64,000 nucleotides of DNA from Clostridia bacterium (GCA_017942005.1 JAGAVJ010000039.1:95591-159590); one strand, 5' to 3'; shown: positions 46,284-56,594, counted from the first letter of the stretch. The notes: generated by a model not told the origin, from the letters alone. Made by a program: numbers and translations.

Positions 46284-47030
46284 TTATAAAAGGTGCGACT
46301 GTAACCGCCGTCCGAGGGGATTGTGTTCCTGATACGGTTCGTCCGATACATGCAGTGTATAAGAAACAGGAAGCACTTCGTCAAACAAAGCACTGTCACT
46401 TTGACCGATATACCCGCACAGACGCAGGATTCGCTCTCCACTGTCTTTTTCCAATTCAGAACAGATTTCCCTGAAATTCGGTGCCGCACGGTACAAGGTC
46501 TTTGCATCCTTAGGGGCACGGACGGAAATCACCGGTATTTCTCCGGACAGGGCAAACAACTTTTCATAAAGTGAATCATCGGCACCGATCACACATACGC
46601 CGCGCGCGATCTTTGCAATGTATGCGAGTGTTTCGTCCTCATCTGCGCCGCGTTCTTCCCCTGTCGGAATACAAAACAGCAAAATATGCACGTCCCGATA
46701 CTCCGTACTCGACCAAATGGCATGTTTTGCACCGAGATAACATGCGGACACCAGCTGAAAATCCACATCCTCGCAAAGCAGTGCAACTGCTGCCGGAAGC
46801 ATGTCCCGCGGGTTCTGTGCCGGTACCGGAGCAGCTGATGCAGCCGTACCGCCGCCGCGCCGTCTGACAAGCATCCGCGCCGATTCATCCGGAACGTAGT
46901 TCAGCGTCCGGATCGCGTTTTCAATTTTCTCTTTTGACGCCGGGCTCACGCCCTTGACACCGTTTAAATAGCGGGAGACCAGTGTCGTAGATACGCCTGC
47001 ATGACGAGCGACGTCGCCGATGGTTGCCAT
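46284..47030 (-). CDS. LacI-type HTH protein with short, atypical effector domain
   Basis: MATIGDVARHAGVSTTLVSRYLNG..VSPASKEKIENAIRTLNYVPDESAR is a LacI/PurR HTH. The rest (~190 aa) is shorter than a full periplasmic-binding-fold domain. Confidence 0.6.
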   Translation of the reverse strand: MATIGDVARHAGVSTTLVSRYLNGVKGVSPASKEKIENAIRTLNYVPDESARMLVRRRGGGTAASAAPVPAQNPRDMLPAAVALLCEDVDFQLVSACYLGAKHAIWSSTEYRDVHILLFCIPTGEERGADEDETLAYIAKIARGVCVIGADDSLYEKLFALSGEIPVISVRAPKDAKTLYRAAPNFREICSELEKDSGERILRLCGYIGQSDSALFDEVLPVSYTLHVSDEPYQEHNPLGRRLQSHLL

Positions 47031-47073
47031 TCCGTTGACCCAAACTCTCAAAACAATTGAGAGCTTCCTTTCC
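47031..47073 (-). promoter_or_regulatory. SD-hairpin module upstream of the LacI-type gene
   Basis: Minus strand reads GGAAAGGAAG-CTCTCAATTGTTTTGAGAG-TTTGGGTCAACGGA-ATGGCA. Confidence 0.3.
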
Positions 47074-47351
47074 GAATATCGTCCGCAAATTAGAAATCCA
47101 AGTATCACCCTTTTGCACAGGGATGTGGATAAAGCAGGTGCGGACTCTGTATGCAAATTGCATCTGTATATTATGATACCACAAATTCGTCATAATTTCA
47201 AGTGCTTTTTGCAAAAAACGTGTATCGTAACACAATTTTTTTCGATTTCATGTATTTCGTTTTACAAAATGCCTATGAAAAATCCTCTTTTTTCTTTTGC
47301 ATGTGTAACGATGGAAATACCGCCAAAGGAAAGGAACAGCGCACCTGTCTT

Positions 47352-48368
47352 TTACCTGAGAAGATGCACGGAATCCCCGCCCAAAACGACACTGTCATCC
47401 TGCATAATCACCTCACCGGAACGCAGAACCGCTTCTTCTCCATTATCATAGCGTACCAACAGTCCCATTTCCTCATCCAAACCAAGTGCTGTCGCCGGAA
47501 TTTCCGCACCGCCGAGGGAAGAAGACGGACGCACGAAAATCCGCTTTCCATCAAGCAGCGAACGGCTGCGATATTCCGCCTGATAGTCCGGATTTTTGGG
47601 GTCTGTAAATAGAGGATACAAAAGGTTTAAAATTGCAACGGCCAAATCATTTCCGTCACACAGAGCTTCCTCCTCTGCCGTGAATACAGACGTGGCAGTC
47701 TTTGCAATGTCCGGCGGAAATCCATCCGGCGGAGGAAGCAAATTGACGCCGATGCCAATAACTGCATACGATAACGCCGTGGTTCCCGGCCTCAATGCGG
47801 CTTCACAGAGAATTCCACAGACCTTTTTGGGAATTCCATCACTGTGCGAAAGATAAATATCATTGACCCACTTGATTTTTGCCGGAGAAGCCGATGTGTC
47901 GGACACCGCAGCTTCTCTGGCAGCATCATGTGCGTGGACAATTCGTACCGTGTCAATCGCTTTGGCAACTGCGGCAGCCGTACCGGTTGTCAAATACAGT
48001 GCATCCGATGCATGCAGGGAGGGGATTATCAACGGTTTGCTCTGTGGTTTGGTATGACAATCTGCTTCATCCAAAGGGTGCAGGGATGCTGTGTCATTCG
48101 GTCGAACAAGCACACTCATATACAAACCGGAGCCGCTCGGCGAATGAAAGGTTCTGCCCAGTCTGCCGCGTCCCCCGGTCTGTCTGCGTGCAATCAGTAC
48201 CGTACCATTAGGTGCACTTCCGTCAGATGCAGCATCCTCTGCCGCCATTTGCTTTAAAGTGGTGTTTGTTGAGGTCAACTCGTCCTCTACCGTCACATGA
48301 TAAAAGACCCGCGCGGCTTCTGTCAGCCGTGCTTCAATTTCTGACGCATCAATTTGTTGGTGATTCAT
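47352..48368 (-). CDS. Biotin--protein ligase (BPL, no N-terminal HTH)
   Basis: GRGRLGRTFHSPSGSGLYMSV, KWVNDI, and a C-terminal SH3-like domain. Start at MNHQQID. Confidence 0.75.
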   Translation of the reverse strand: MNHQQIDASEIEARLTEAARVFYHVTVEDELTSTNTTLKQMAAEDAASDGSAPNGTVLIARRQTGGRGRLGRTFHSPSGSGLYMSVLVRPNDTASLHPLDEADCHTKPQSKPLIIPSLHASDALYLTTGTAAAVAKAIDTVRIVHAHDAAREAAVSDTSASPAKIKWVNDIYLSHSDGIPKKVCGILCEAALRPGTTALSYAVIGIGVNLLPPPDGFPPDIAKTATSVFTAEEEALCDGNDLAVAILNLLYPLFTDPKNPDYQAEYRSRSLLDGKRIFVRPSSSLGGAEIPATALGLDEEMGLLVRYDNGEEAVLRSGEVIMQDDSVVLGGDSVHLLR

Positions 48369-48689
48369 TGCAGTATCTCCTCTATTGTTCCACGGATTCT
48401 TTGAATAGTATACTACAAAAAGCAAAAAATTGCAAGCATCTTTCAAAATACCGTTTCACCAAACCGTTTGATACAGGCAAGCATTCCAAAGGAACGAAAA
48501 AATATCGGAAAGTATCGAATCGGTCGTCCCAATACAAAAAATCTGCTTGAATATAGAATCCCATTTCTATTTTATTTATAAACTATTCCAATATTTCAAA
48601 AAAACAAGAAAATTTAAAAAAAGGATTTGCAAATTTGCAGAATATCTGATATAATAACATTATCAATGAAAATGGGAGGATCCTATCAA

Positions 48690-49526
48690 ATGAAAATCGG
48701 ATTTATCGATTATTACCTCGACGAATGGCATGCCAATAACTACCCAAAATTTTTTGCTGATGCATCCAACGGTGAAATTATCGTTGGCAGTGCCTACGGA
48801 CAAATTCCGTCTCCGATCACTGGCATGACAAGTGCGCAGTGGTGTGAAAAGAACGGCATTAAAATGGCAGAAACCATTGAAGAGGTCATCGCGGAAAATG
48901 ACTGTCTCGTCGTCTTGTCTCCAGACACCCCGGAACAGCATCCCGCACTCTGCGCACTTCCTCTGGCTTCCGGCAAACGTACCTATGTCGACAAAACCTT
49001 TGCAACGTCTAAAAAGGCAGCAGAAGAAATTTTTGCCGTTGCAGAAGCACATAATACCCCATGCTTCTCCTCCTCCGCATTGCGTTTCTCCAATGAAATC
49101 AAGACAGCAGACAAGCAAGGGATTGACTTTATCGGTGCACGCGGTCCTGGTGAATTTTCCAATTACGCCATTCATCAGGTAGAACCAATTGTTACCCTGA
49201 TGGGCAGCGACGTCCGCCGTGTCATGAGCATCGGAACACAAAAGGCACCCGGTCTGCTGATCGACTATACAGACGGACGCCGTGCCACCATGAACTGCTA
49301 TGGCGCCGGACCGTTCAACTTCCAGATAAAGTATGCAGACGGTCATATTGCCGGCATTCCCGATTGCTCGGATTATTTTGCAAACTTCATCGTCGATTTG
49401 GTAGATTTCTTTAGAACAGGCGACGTCAAGGTTTCGCATGCGGAAACCATTGCCATTATGGGCATTCTGGAAAAGGGACGTCTTGCCCTTGACGACCCTG
49501 AGCATTGGTATGACTTAAATGCTTAA
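48690..49526 (+). CDS. Gfo/Idh/MocA-like oxidoreductase family protein (atypical N-terminus)
   Basis: The MKIGFIDYYLDEWHANNYP-type N-terminus matches uncharacterised Gfo/Idh/MocA-like proteins of Clostridia as I recall them. GGGAGGA lies 7 nt upstream. Confidence 0.5.
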   Translation: MKIGFIDYYLDEWHANNYPKFFADASNGEIIVGSAYGQIPSPITGMTSAQWCEKNGIKMAETIEEVIAENDCLVVLSPDTPEQHPALCALPLASGKRTYVDKTFATSKKAAEEIFAVAEAHNTPCFSSSALRFSNEIKTADKQGIDFIGARGPGEFSNYAIHQVEPIVTLMGSDVRRVMSIGTQKAPGLLIDYTDGRRATMNCYGAGPFNFQIKYADGHIAGIPDCSDYFANFIVDLVDFFRTGDVKVSHAETIAIMGILEKGRLALDDPEHWYDLNA

Positions 49527-49574
49527 GGTCCGCAAAAGCTTGCCCCAAAAGGAACGTTTGCGTTTCTAATAAAA

Positions 49575-49654
49575 AAAGGAAATAACCTTTTATCAGTTCA
49601 GCAAATGCTGTACATTTCATCATTCGCTGAACGCGAAAAAGTTATAGTCATAAT
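49575..49654 (+). promoter_or_regulatory. SD-hairpin leader module interrupted by the MITE
   Basis: AAAGGAAATAACC.., GTTCAGC(25 nt)GCTGAAC, then GCGAAAAAGTTATAGTCATAAT. The last 11 nt are the left copy of the duplication. Confidence 0.4.
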
Positions 49655-49858
49655 CTAGGCAATTGTAAAACTCCGTTTTACAATTGGTTTCATCGGACTG
49701 ACGCAGTCCGATGGCTCCCTTTGGTCGCTTTGGAGGTGTCTTTTTTGGCGGGAATACCCGCACGACATAAGACGTTGAACGTCTTATGTCATAACGACGC
49801 ATTTATCGATATATTGCCTTGCAGGCAATATATAATGACGACTTTTACAATTGCCTAG
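49655..49858. mobile_element. 204-bp MITE-like element (family 2)
   Basis: Perfect 16-bp TIRs CTAGGCAATTGTAAAA (49655-49670) and TTTTACAATTGCCTAG (49843-49858). Flanking 11-bp direct repeats ATAGTCATAAT (49644-49654) and ATGGTCATAAT (49859-49869). No ORF; the interior is three perfect hairpins. Confidence 0.8.
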
Positions 49859-49891
49859 ATGGTCATAATCATGAAGGAGGAACACGGTTTT

Positions 49892-51184
49892 ATGCAGCCA
49901 TCTTATTTTCGGTATACAACAGGGCATCCCCACACGGTGATACCCGGTGCCGCTATGATTTTAGCACTCGCACTTCTGGCCGGCTGTTCCGGTCAGAACG
50001 ACAACCAGATCACTACATCTCCGACGACAACAGACACAGATACCGCTGTCATAACACAGACAGAGGAAACCTCCGCGACTGATATCGCCGCAAAAACAGA
50101 TACAGTAGAATCCGGTTTCAATTCAGATACCCTGTTTGAAGAGGAAAGTGCCGGCACACTTTCTGTCCCTTCCAAAACCAAAGTCACACCAATTCCGCTT
50201 CGCCGTCTCGACGACTGGGTTGACTGGGATGCCGATTACAACACGCCGAAAGTCTCTGCAAAACGGCTCAAGGAAGGTCTGGTTTCCCATGATGTATATG
50301 TGGGTAAGGACGACTGGATGTTTTATGTAGATTCGATTGGAGATTATCTGGCGAATAACTCCTATTCCAAAGCCAAGCTGAAGCGCATTGCCAACCAGGC
50401 ACAGCAGCGCGCGGACTGGTGTGAGGAACGCGGCATCCAATTTTACTTTATGATTGCGCCGAATAAAAACACCATCTATCCCGAAAAGATGATGAGCTCC
50501 ATGCAGGAAGGGGAAAACAAGCGCATTGATCAGGTATATGACTATCTGGCAGAACACACCACAGTCAAATGCATCGATGTGCGTGATTCTCTGTTTGCCG
50601 CAAAAAAAGCACATCCAGAGGAAGATTTATACTATAAGCTTGATACCCACTGGAATTCACGCGGCGGATTTTATGCCTATCAGGCAATCATGGATGTCAT
50701 CGAGAAGGATTTTCCAGACCTGACCCGTATGACCGCGGACGATTATCAGGTGGATATTTTCGATTCCCACTTCAAAGACTGCGCGTATTACCTCGGTTTT
50801 TATGATACCCTGGAAAGCACTGGTCCCGTATATACCAAGCTGGACGGCAAAACCGGTGTAATCACAGACCATGACTGGTCCGGTGAATTCGGTCAGTTTG
50901 CCCACGGTTATGTTGATCCTGAAACCGGCTTCACTGAGTCGTGCTTCTATGCGGAATCTGAAAATGTGTATGCAAAGGATCAGCCGTCCGTATATTTTAT
51001 CCGCGACTCCTTCTACATGCCGATGGCAAACTTCTTCCGCGATACATTCTCCCATGTCACTTCTCATTGGACAACAGCATTCCCGAACGATGACATTGAG
51101 GGACACATGCCGGATATCGTTATCTATGAATGTGTTGAAGCCAAAATGGACGACACATTCGGCAACAGAACATTCGCAAATTGA
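49892..51184 (+). CDS. DHHW / AlgX-AlgJ-like SGNH-fold lipoprotein
   Basis: Lipobox LALLAGC. Contains the YYKLDTHWNSRG (DxHW) motif. AAGGAGG lies 9 nt upstream of ATG 49892. Confidence 0.65.
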   Translation: MQPSYFRYTTGHPHTVIPGAAMILALALLAGCSGQNDNQITTSPTTTDTDTAVITQTEETSATDIAAKTDTVESGFNSDTLFEEESAGTLSVPSKTKVTPIPLRRLDDWVDWDADYNTPKVSAKRLKEGLVSHDVYVGKDDWMFYVDSIGDYLANNSYSKAKLKRIANQAQQRADWCEERGIQFYFMIAPNKNTIYPEKMMSSMQEGENKRIDQVYDYLAEHTTVKCIDVRDSLFAAKKAHPEEDLYYKLDTHWNSRGGFYAYQAIMDVIEKDFPDLTRMTADDYQVDIFDSHFKDCAYYLGFYDTLESTGPVYTKLDGKTGVITDHDWSGEFGQFAHGYVDPETGFTESCFYAESENVYAKDQPSVYFIRDSFYMPMANFFRDTFSHVTSHWTTAFPNDDIEGHMPDIVIYECVEAKMDDTFGNRTFAN

Positions 51185-51286
51185 GCAAATGCAGATATTG
51201 AAACAATTTTGAGATAAGGGTTTCTGCTTGCAGACAAAAAGAGCAGAGAGGAGATACGAAAAAGCATCTCCTCTCTGTTTTTTCTA

Positions 51287-51835
51287 TTATGTGGCATTTT
51301 GGCTGCGTTCTGCCGCAAGTGCCCTGCTTTCCTTGCCAGTCATATGATCTATATGGAACACAAGCAGGTTTAGCCGTGATATTCCGCCGGCAATTTCCTT
51401 GTCACGCAGTGCCTTTGGTACCAACTGCAAGGGTGCATATTTATCGGCAAGCAGCTGTAGTCCCGCTAAAATTTCTGCGGGGTCTTCCGCCTTTTTGATC
51501 GTGCCAAACACAATCACCGAACGATAGCGGGTAGAAAAAGCGTCCGGTACAACGTCGTCCGCATCAATGACACAAAAGGAAGCGTGTGCATCTGCATATA
51601 ACCGCTCCATTTTATCTCCGGTTTTGGCACAGTGAAACACGATTGTCTGCTCTCCGTCATATGCATACGACAGGGGCACTGCATACAGATACGGACATGC
51701 CAAAGTTCCCGAAAGCGCAAGCACACCGGAGGTGTTCCGATGTAAAATTTCTTTTGCCTCCTTTTGCGGCAGCTGCTGCAAGTTTCGCCGCATGGATGGA
51801 AATACAGGCAGGAATTCTTCATTTTCCTGCATCAT
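51287..51835 (-). CDS. Pyridoxamine 5'-phosphate oxidase family (NimA-like) flavoprotein
   Basis: The N-terminal MRR..Q.L...E..EIL...T.GVLAL pattern and the split-barrel length support the call. ATGA overlap with the upstream gene. Confidence 0.65.
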   Translation of the reverse strand: MMQENEEFLPVFPSMRRNLQQLPQKEAKEILHRNTSGVLALSGTLACPYLYAVPLSYAYDGEQTIVFHCAKTGDKMERLYADAHASFCVIDADDVVPDAFSTRYRSVIVFGTIKKAEDPAEILAGLQLLADKYAPLQLVPKALRDKEIAGGISRLNLLVFHIDHMTGKESRALAAERSQNAT

Positions 51836-52203
51836 GATACACCTCCAGTTTTGTTTTTATCAGTATTTTCCCATGCCTTCCAAATCTCGGGCTGGTAACC
51901 AACCGTCGCATTCCTGCCGTTTCTGACCACAGGCGTCTTGATATAGGAAGGGTCTTCTAAAATTTTTTCCACAACCGCGTCAGGCAGCAGATATTTAACG
52001 TCGCAGTACCGCTTGTTATCCTGGTCAAGCAAGCCTTCCAGTCCACCGACTGCCGCCAGCACCGCGCGAAGCTCTCCTGCGGAGAATCCTTTTTCCTTCA
52101 AATCGATCATCTGAAAGCGGATACCGCGCTCCTTAAAGTAACGCTGTGCCTTTTTGGTATCAAAGCACTTATTCGTTCCGAAAATCTGAATGTTCATTGC
52201 CAT
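51832..52203 (-). CDS. ArsC/Spx/YffB family protein
   Basis: IQIFGTNKCFDTKKAQRYFKERGIRFQMIDL, plus the thioredoxin-like length. Confidence 0.7.
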   Translation of the reverse strand: MAMNIQIFGTNKCFDTKKAQRYFKERGIRFQMIDLKEKGFSAGELRAVLAAVGGLEGLLDQDNKRYCDVKYLLPDAVVEKILEDPSYIKTPVVRNGRNATVGYQPEIWKAWENTDKNKTGGVS

Positions 52204-52324
52204 TTTGGTATGATAACGGTTTGCGCGTTCTCAAAATTCAGTACGCGCAAACCGATTTTTCCTTTCTTTGCTGCAAATCACGATACCGGGATATCCTCTG
52301 TTAACAACAGCGAATATCCGCATC

Positions 52325-53194
52325 TCATTCTCCAACCAGCGAATCAAGGCATGCCGTCACAGCCTTTAAGTATTCCGCTTTTGCGTCACGTACTGCAAGC
52401 GGCGCCATACGTTCACCGGGAATCTCGTAGTTGAATAAATCGTTATATCCAACCGCCGCAAGACCGCGCATGACAGAACGCCAATCCACATTGCCGCGTC
52501 CAAACGGCATCATGTGCTGGTCGGTTTTCCCTTCATTGTCTGCGATGTGCAGTGCATGGAGACGTCCTCCCGCCGTGTTAATAAACTGTTCCTGCGTCAT
52601 ACCGGAGTCGCTGATGTTCAGATGTCCGGTATCCAGACAAATGCCAAGCACCTCCTCTGGTGCGCCGACAAGACAGATTACAGACAGCAAATCTTCCGCC
52701 GTACAGAAGTATCCGCGCAGGTTTTCAAGACAAATGCGCACACCGCATTCCTTTGCATGAGGCATCAATGCTGCAAGCTTTTCGGCATTTGCATGAAAGA
52801 TTTCTTCTTTGGATGTCCCTTCTGCAAAGGAATGACCGTCACAGTGCAGAACCGCGTTCCGAATTCCAATGGCAGAAAACAGGGTGATCCACTGCTTTAA
52901 AATGGCAACGGCATCCACTTCTCCAGAGCACAGACGGACCTTCAGCCACAAATGCCCTTGTGGGAACGAAACACCGTGTGCATCTGCAAACGCTTTGAAC
53001 GCGCGTCCGATTTCCGCAGGGTCTGTACCGCGTGCAAGAAGCACCGCCGCATGCTCGTCAGACAGCTCGCAGACAGAAAGTCCGCGCCGCTCCATTGCAA
53101 GTACCATATCCTCCGGTGAAAGCTCGATATCGTAGCTTGACCAGATACTGAATTTTTCACAACATTTCATATTGATTCCCATAACTTCACACAA
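52325..53194 (-). CDS. Sugar phosphate isomerase/epimerase (TIM barrel)
   Basis: CLENL, LDTGHLN and HIADNEG motifs. Start may be the internal Met at 53170. Confidence 0.65.
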   Translation of the reverse strand: MCEVMGINMKCCEKFSIWSSYDIELSPEDMVLAMERRGLSVCELSDEHAAVLLARGTDPAEIGRAFKAFADAHGVSFPQGHLWLKVRLCSGEVDAVAILKQWITLFSAIGIRNAVLHCDGHSFAEGTSKEEIFHANAEKLAALMPHAKECGVRICLENLRGYFCTAEDLLSVICLVGAPEEVLGICLDTGHLNISDSGMTQEQFINTAGGRLHALHIADNEGKTDQHMMPFGRGNVDWRSVMRGLAAVGYNDLFNYEIPGERMAPLAVRDAKAEYLKAVTACLDSLVGE

Positions 53195-53252
53195 GCAAAG
53201 TTTCCTCCTGTCAATATCGTTCTAAGGTAAAACCGTATATTCCGCGTCCGGT

Positions 53253-55127
53253 TTATTGAATCAGCGGCATTGCTGTCATGCGCAGATCGGTGCATCCATA
53301 CGGAATCATCTCGATCAGCGTTTCTTCCCCCTTAGGTGTACGGTCCTTGGGCATACTTGCTGCTGCAAATGCAAAGCCGGGTTCTGTTCCCCATGGAATC
53401 GGTACAAAGGCTGCCTGAATCGCAACAGGCGGCTGCACTTCGTTGAATACGGAGCCGATGGCGGGCAGCGGGCCCAGTTCACGATAGGTAAATGCGGTAT
53501 CGGAAAATGCGTATTCCCACTCCGCATCCGGGAACAGCATCCAATCACAGTATGGCTCACACCGCTCGACGCCATCGCGGATATATTCTTTTTTCTGCCG
53601 TTTTGCTTTGATCGGAATGGAATAGAGCAGCGCGCCGCGATTGACGCAGCGCAGGTCTTCATAGCCAGCACCGTCCAGCTTGATGTCAAACGCAAACGAT
53701 ACGCGGATGACCGTTTCCCCTTCCCATACGCGGCGAATGGAAACCACCTTCCCCGGTTTTACCTCTTCCCCATTGACACAGGCGGATTTTGCAAATCCCG
53801 GAATGCGGATATCCAGTGCGAATTCGACCGGTTTTTCCACGGTGACACGGTACTGCACCGCATCACGGAACGGATAACCGCTCTCGCATGCCACTCTGAC
53901 GTTTATGCCGTGTAGAACCAGCAACGCAGTCGCCGGAACAGGAGATGCCGAGAAAACGGCGTCGTCGTTTTTCATAAATGCGGCAAGAGCAAATTTGGGC
54001 CAGCCCTGCGGCATATTGGCAGTACAGCAGCCATAGTTCGGTTCCAGACCAAAGAGATTGGCTTCCGGACCGTTTGTGCCAAAGATTGTTGCACCGTTGC
54101 CCTCCGGCGCACAGGCAATCTGGTTGATCTGCTGGTCATACTGGTGTGTCCACATGTCGGAGGAGGTTGTTGCCGGAAGCGCATTGAAGGTCAGCCGCTC
54201 CAACAAATCTCCAAAATAAACGTCCCCCGTCATGGCAAGCAGCCATTCATCAGAATACATGGCTTCCACCACACCGCACAGCTCTGTGCCTTGAATCGGA
54301 CTCCTGCCGGACAAGCATTCATCACCGGTAAAGTGTCCGGTCGCCATACCGTGATACTGCATCAGCGTTTCATACATCCTGCGTGATGCATCGGCTTTCA
54401 CAGTTCCCCCAGAGCGCTTCTGCCACAGGGTGTCGGATTTCAATGCCATTGCAAGATTGACGACATGGGTGTCCCACTGCCATTTGCGTTCCGGTATCTT
54501 GTAAGCATCAAATTCCTCATCAATCAGCTTGGTGTAGTCTTTGCCCTGTACATGCAAAAGATCACAGTATGCAAGAATCCAGTCTTCTCCGGTACGCTCA
54601 TACAGCCAATATGCCGCAATCAGCCCCTCAAACCAACGGTACTGTCCCCACCCGAACAGCGGATGTGCCGCAAGGTGTTCTGTTGCCTGCTTCATTGCCC
54701 TGGAGAGCGCGTTTTCCACAAGCGGTGCATCCTCCGGACAGCAGTCCGCATAGACACACAGCACTTTGGAAATCAGCAGAAGCGCCCACATGTCGTAGCC
54801 TGCCCGCTCATCCTCACTGCATGGGCAAATCCAACCGTCCGCGCACTGTCCTGCAAGAATCGCATGGATATACTTCTTTGCGCGTGCAATCATATCCTCG
54901 TCCCGGAGCAGATAGGCAAGCGGCACAAAGCCGTCCAGCCAGTACGGTACACGCTCCCAGCCTTCACAGCTGCCGCCGATCCAGCGGCTGTCCCGGACGT
55001 CAGGCCATATTTTATCCAGGTTTCCCGCAAGACCGTCCGCTTCTGTCTTCAGCTGATTGTACAGCCAGCCCGAAGGAAGTACCTGTGCAGGCGTTAAAAA
55101 TTCGTATTTGTTTTTCGTGATGCTCAT
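53253..55127 (-). CDS. GH127/DUF1680-like beta-L-arabinofuranosidase family protein
   Basis: WERVPYWLDG, DGWICP and a six-hairpin-like N-terminal half with a beta-sandwich C-terminus. The family call is from recognition only. Confidence 0.5.
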   Translation of the reverse strand: MSITKNKYEFLTPAQVLPSGWLYNQLKTEADGLAGNLDKIWPDVRDSRWIGGSCEGWERVPYWLDGFVPLAYLLRDEDMIARAKKYIHAILAGQCADGWICPCSEDERAGYDMWALLLISKVLCVYADCCPEDAPLVENALSRAMKQATEHLAAHPLFGWGQYRWFEGLIAAYWLYERTGEDWILAYCDLLHVQGKDYTKLIDEEFDAYKIPERKWQWDTHVVNLAMALKSDTLWQKRSGGTVKADASRRMYETLMQYHGMATGHFTGDECLSGRSPIQGTELCGVVEAMYSDEWLLAMTGDVYFGDLLERLTFNALPATTSSDMWTHQYDQQINQIACAPEGNGATIFGTNGPEANLFGLEPNYGCCTANMPQGWPKFALAAFMKNDDAVFSASPVPATALLVLHGINVRVACESGYPFRDAVQYRVTVEKPVEFALDIRIPGFAKSACVNGEEVKPGKVVSIRRVWEGETVIRVSFAFDIKLDGAGYEDLRCVNRGALLYSIPIKAKRQKKEYIRDGVERCEPYCDWMLFPDAEWEYAFSDTAFTYRELGPLPAIGSVFNEVQPPVAIQAAFVPIPWGTEPGFAFAAASMPKDRTPKGEETLIEMIPYGCTDLRMTAMPLIQ

Positions 55128-55214
55128 GTAAATTACCAAAACTTCTGTATAAGAAACCGTCAAATGAAAGACCGTTCCGTTTGCAAAAGCGATTTCCTTT
55201 CTGAAATTTTCAAA

Positions 55215-56450
55215 TTAAATATCAAACAGAATTCGGAGTGCATGCAGATAATACAGCATACAGGAGGAATACCACTGCGAGCATTCCGACGGAACACCGG
55301 TAATGGGGTGCAGCTCCTGTCCGAACTGGGTGGTGGTACTTTGCGACCATGCCGATACCCAACGGCGCATCATCTCTTGCATTTGATCGGTATAGCCGTA
55401 CCGGGGCATCCAGTGCATGGAACGCAGTCCGGTCAGCCCCTGGGAATAAAAGCCCCATGAGTTGCCCGGCAGATTTTGTACCCATTTCGGATCCGATGAG
55501 GATACAGCAGGCATAGGATACGGCGTCCAGAATTCATTTTCATTGAACAGATACCGCTTTGCCGTCTCCTCGACAAGTGCCGGCTCCATAACGCCTTCTG
55601 AGATGACATTGGTAAGGAAAATCGACCGAATCTTCCGTTTTTCGCCGTGTTTGTCGACGTCATAGAAGTATTGGTCTTCCGCATCCCAAAGGTATTCAAA
55701 CATCTTTTTCCGCACATCCAGAGCGCGGTCTTTCCATTCAGCGGCTTCCTCTGGTTTTCCAAGCAACTCTGCCATTTTGGAAAGTGACATCAGGTTGCCG
55801 AAAAAGCAGGCGTTCATATCAGGCGCCAGCATCGGCAGAACGTCACAGTCGTCCGGTGCAATTCCACCCGGCACACGTTTTCCGTTCTTTTGATTTTCCC
55901 CTTTATACTTTAGACCGTCCAAACGGGCGCTGTTGTCGTGACCGGTATCAAAACCGCAGAACATCTCAATCAGTCCTGTTCCGCGTGTCATATGCGTCTT
56001 GGAAAGCCAATTGACCCAGGCGGACACAGAGCGATAGCACTTTGGCAGAAATGCTTCATCCTCCGGATTTTGTTGGATCGCTTCCAGGCATACGCTGCCG
56101 ACCGATACGCATTCCTGCGTCCATCCATAACCGGTTTCGTTTTCCCAGATATAGCAAGGCAATTGACCTTCCTCGGTCTGCCGATCAAGGAAAATTTCGA
56201 TATGATTCTTGGAAACGACATGTTCCGTCGGCATATAATCCGCCCATGAAACACCGTCGTAAAGATGCTCCAACCAGACGCCCGGATAGGCATCGGAAAT
56301 AAAAAACACATTACCTGCCGAGCCTGCCCATTTTCGCAGGTGATGATCATAAATCCGTGCAAGAATGCGTTCCTTCTGTTCTTTTAATACTGCACGGGGA
56401 GGAATCGGATATTCCGTATTCATTGCACTGTCACCGCAGCTTTTGTTCAT
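55215..56450 (-). CDS. (alpha/alpha)6-barrel glycoside hydrolase-like protein (GH63/MGH1-like)
   Basis: 411 aa with Trp-rich six-hairpin-type segments (FDTGHDNS, WGFYSQG). GGAAGGGAG lies 8 nt upstream of the ATG. Confidence 0.45.
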   Translation of the reverse strand: MNKSCGDSAMNTEYPIPPRAVLKEQKERILARIYDHHLRKWAGSAGNVFFISDAYPGVWLEHLYDGVSWADYMPTEHVVSKNHIEIFLDRQTEEGQLPCYIWENETGYGWTQECVSVGSVCLEAIQQNPEDEAFLPKCYRSVSAWVNWLSKTHMTRGTGLIEMFCGFDTGHDNSARLDGLKYKGENQKNGKRVPGGIAPDDCDVLPMLAPDMNACFFGNLMSLSKMAELLGKPEEAAEWKDRALDVRKKMFEYLWDAEDQYFYDVDKHGEKRKIRSIFLTNVISEGVMEPALVEETAKRYLFNENEFWTPYPMPAVSSSDPKWVQNLPGNSWGFYSQGLTGLRSMHWMPRYGYTDQMQEMMRRWVSAWSQSTTTQFGQELHPITGVPSECSQWYSSCMLYYLHALRILFDI

Positions 56451-56594
56451 GCAAAAGCTCCCTTCCGAATATCATAGATTTTGTGATGCTGTTTTTCCAT
56501 GTACATCATAACACAGATTCTGGGAAATAGCAAGAGAAATTTAAAATTTTCCAAAAAAAATTCAGAAAAAAACGGTGTTTTCGCCGTTTGCTAC

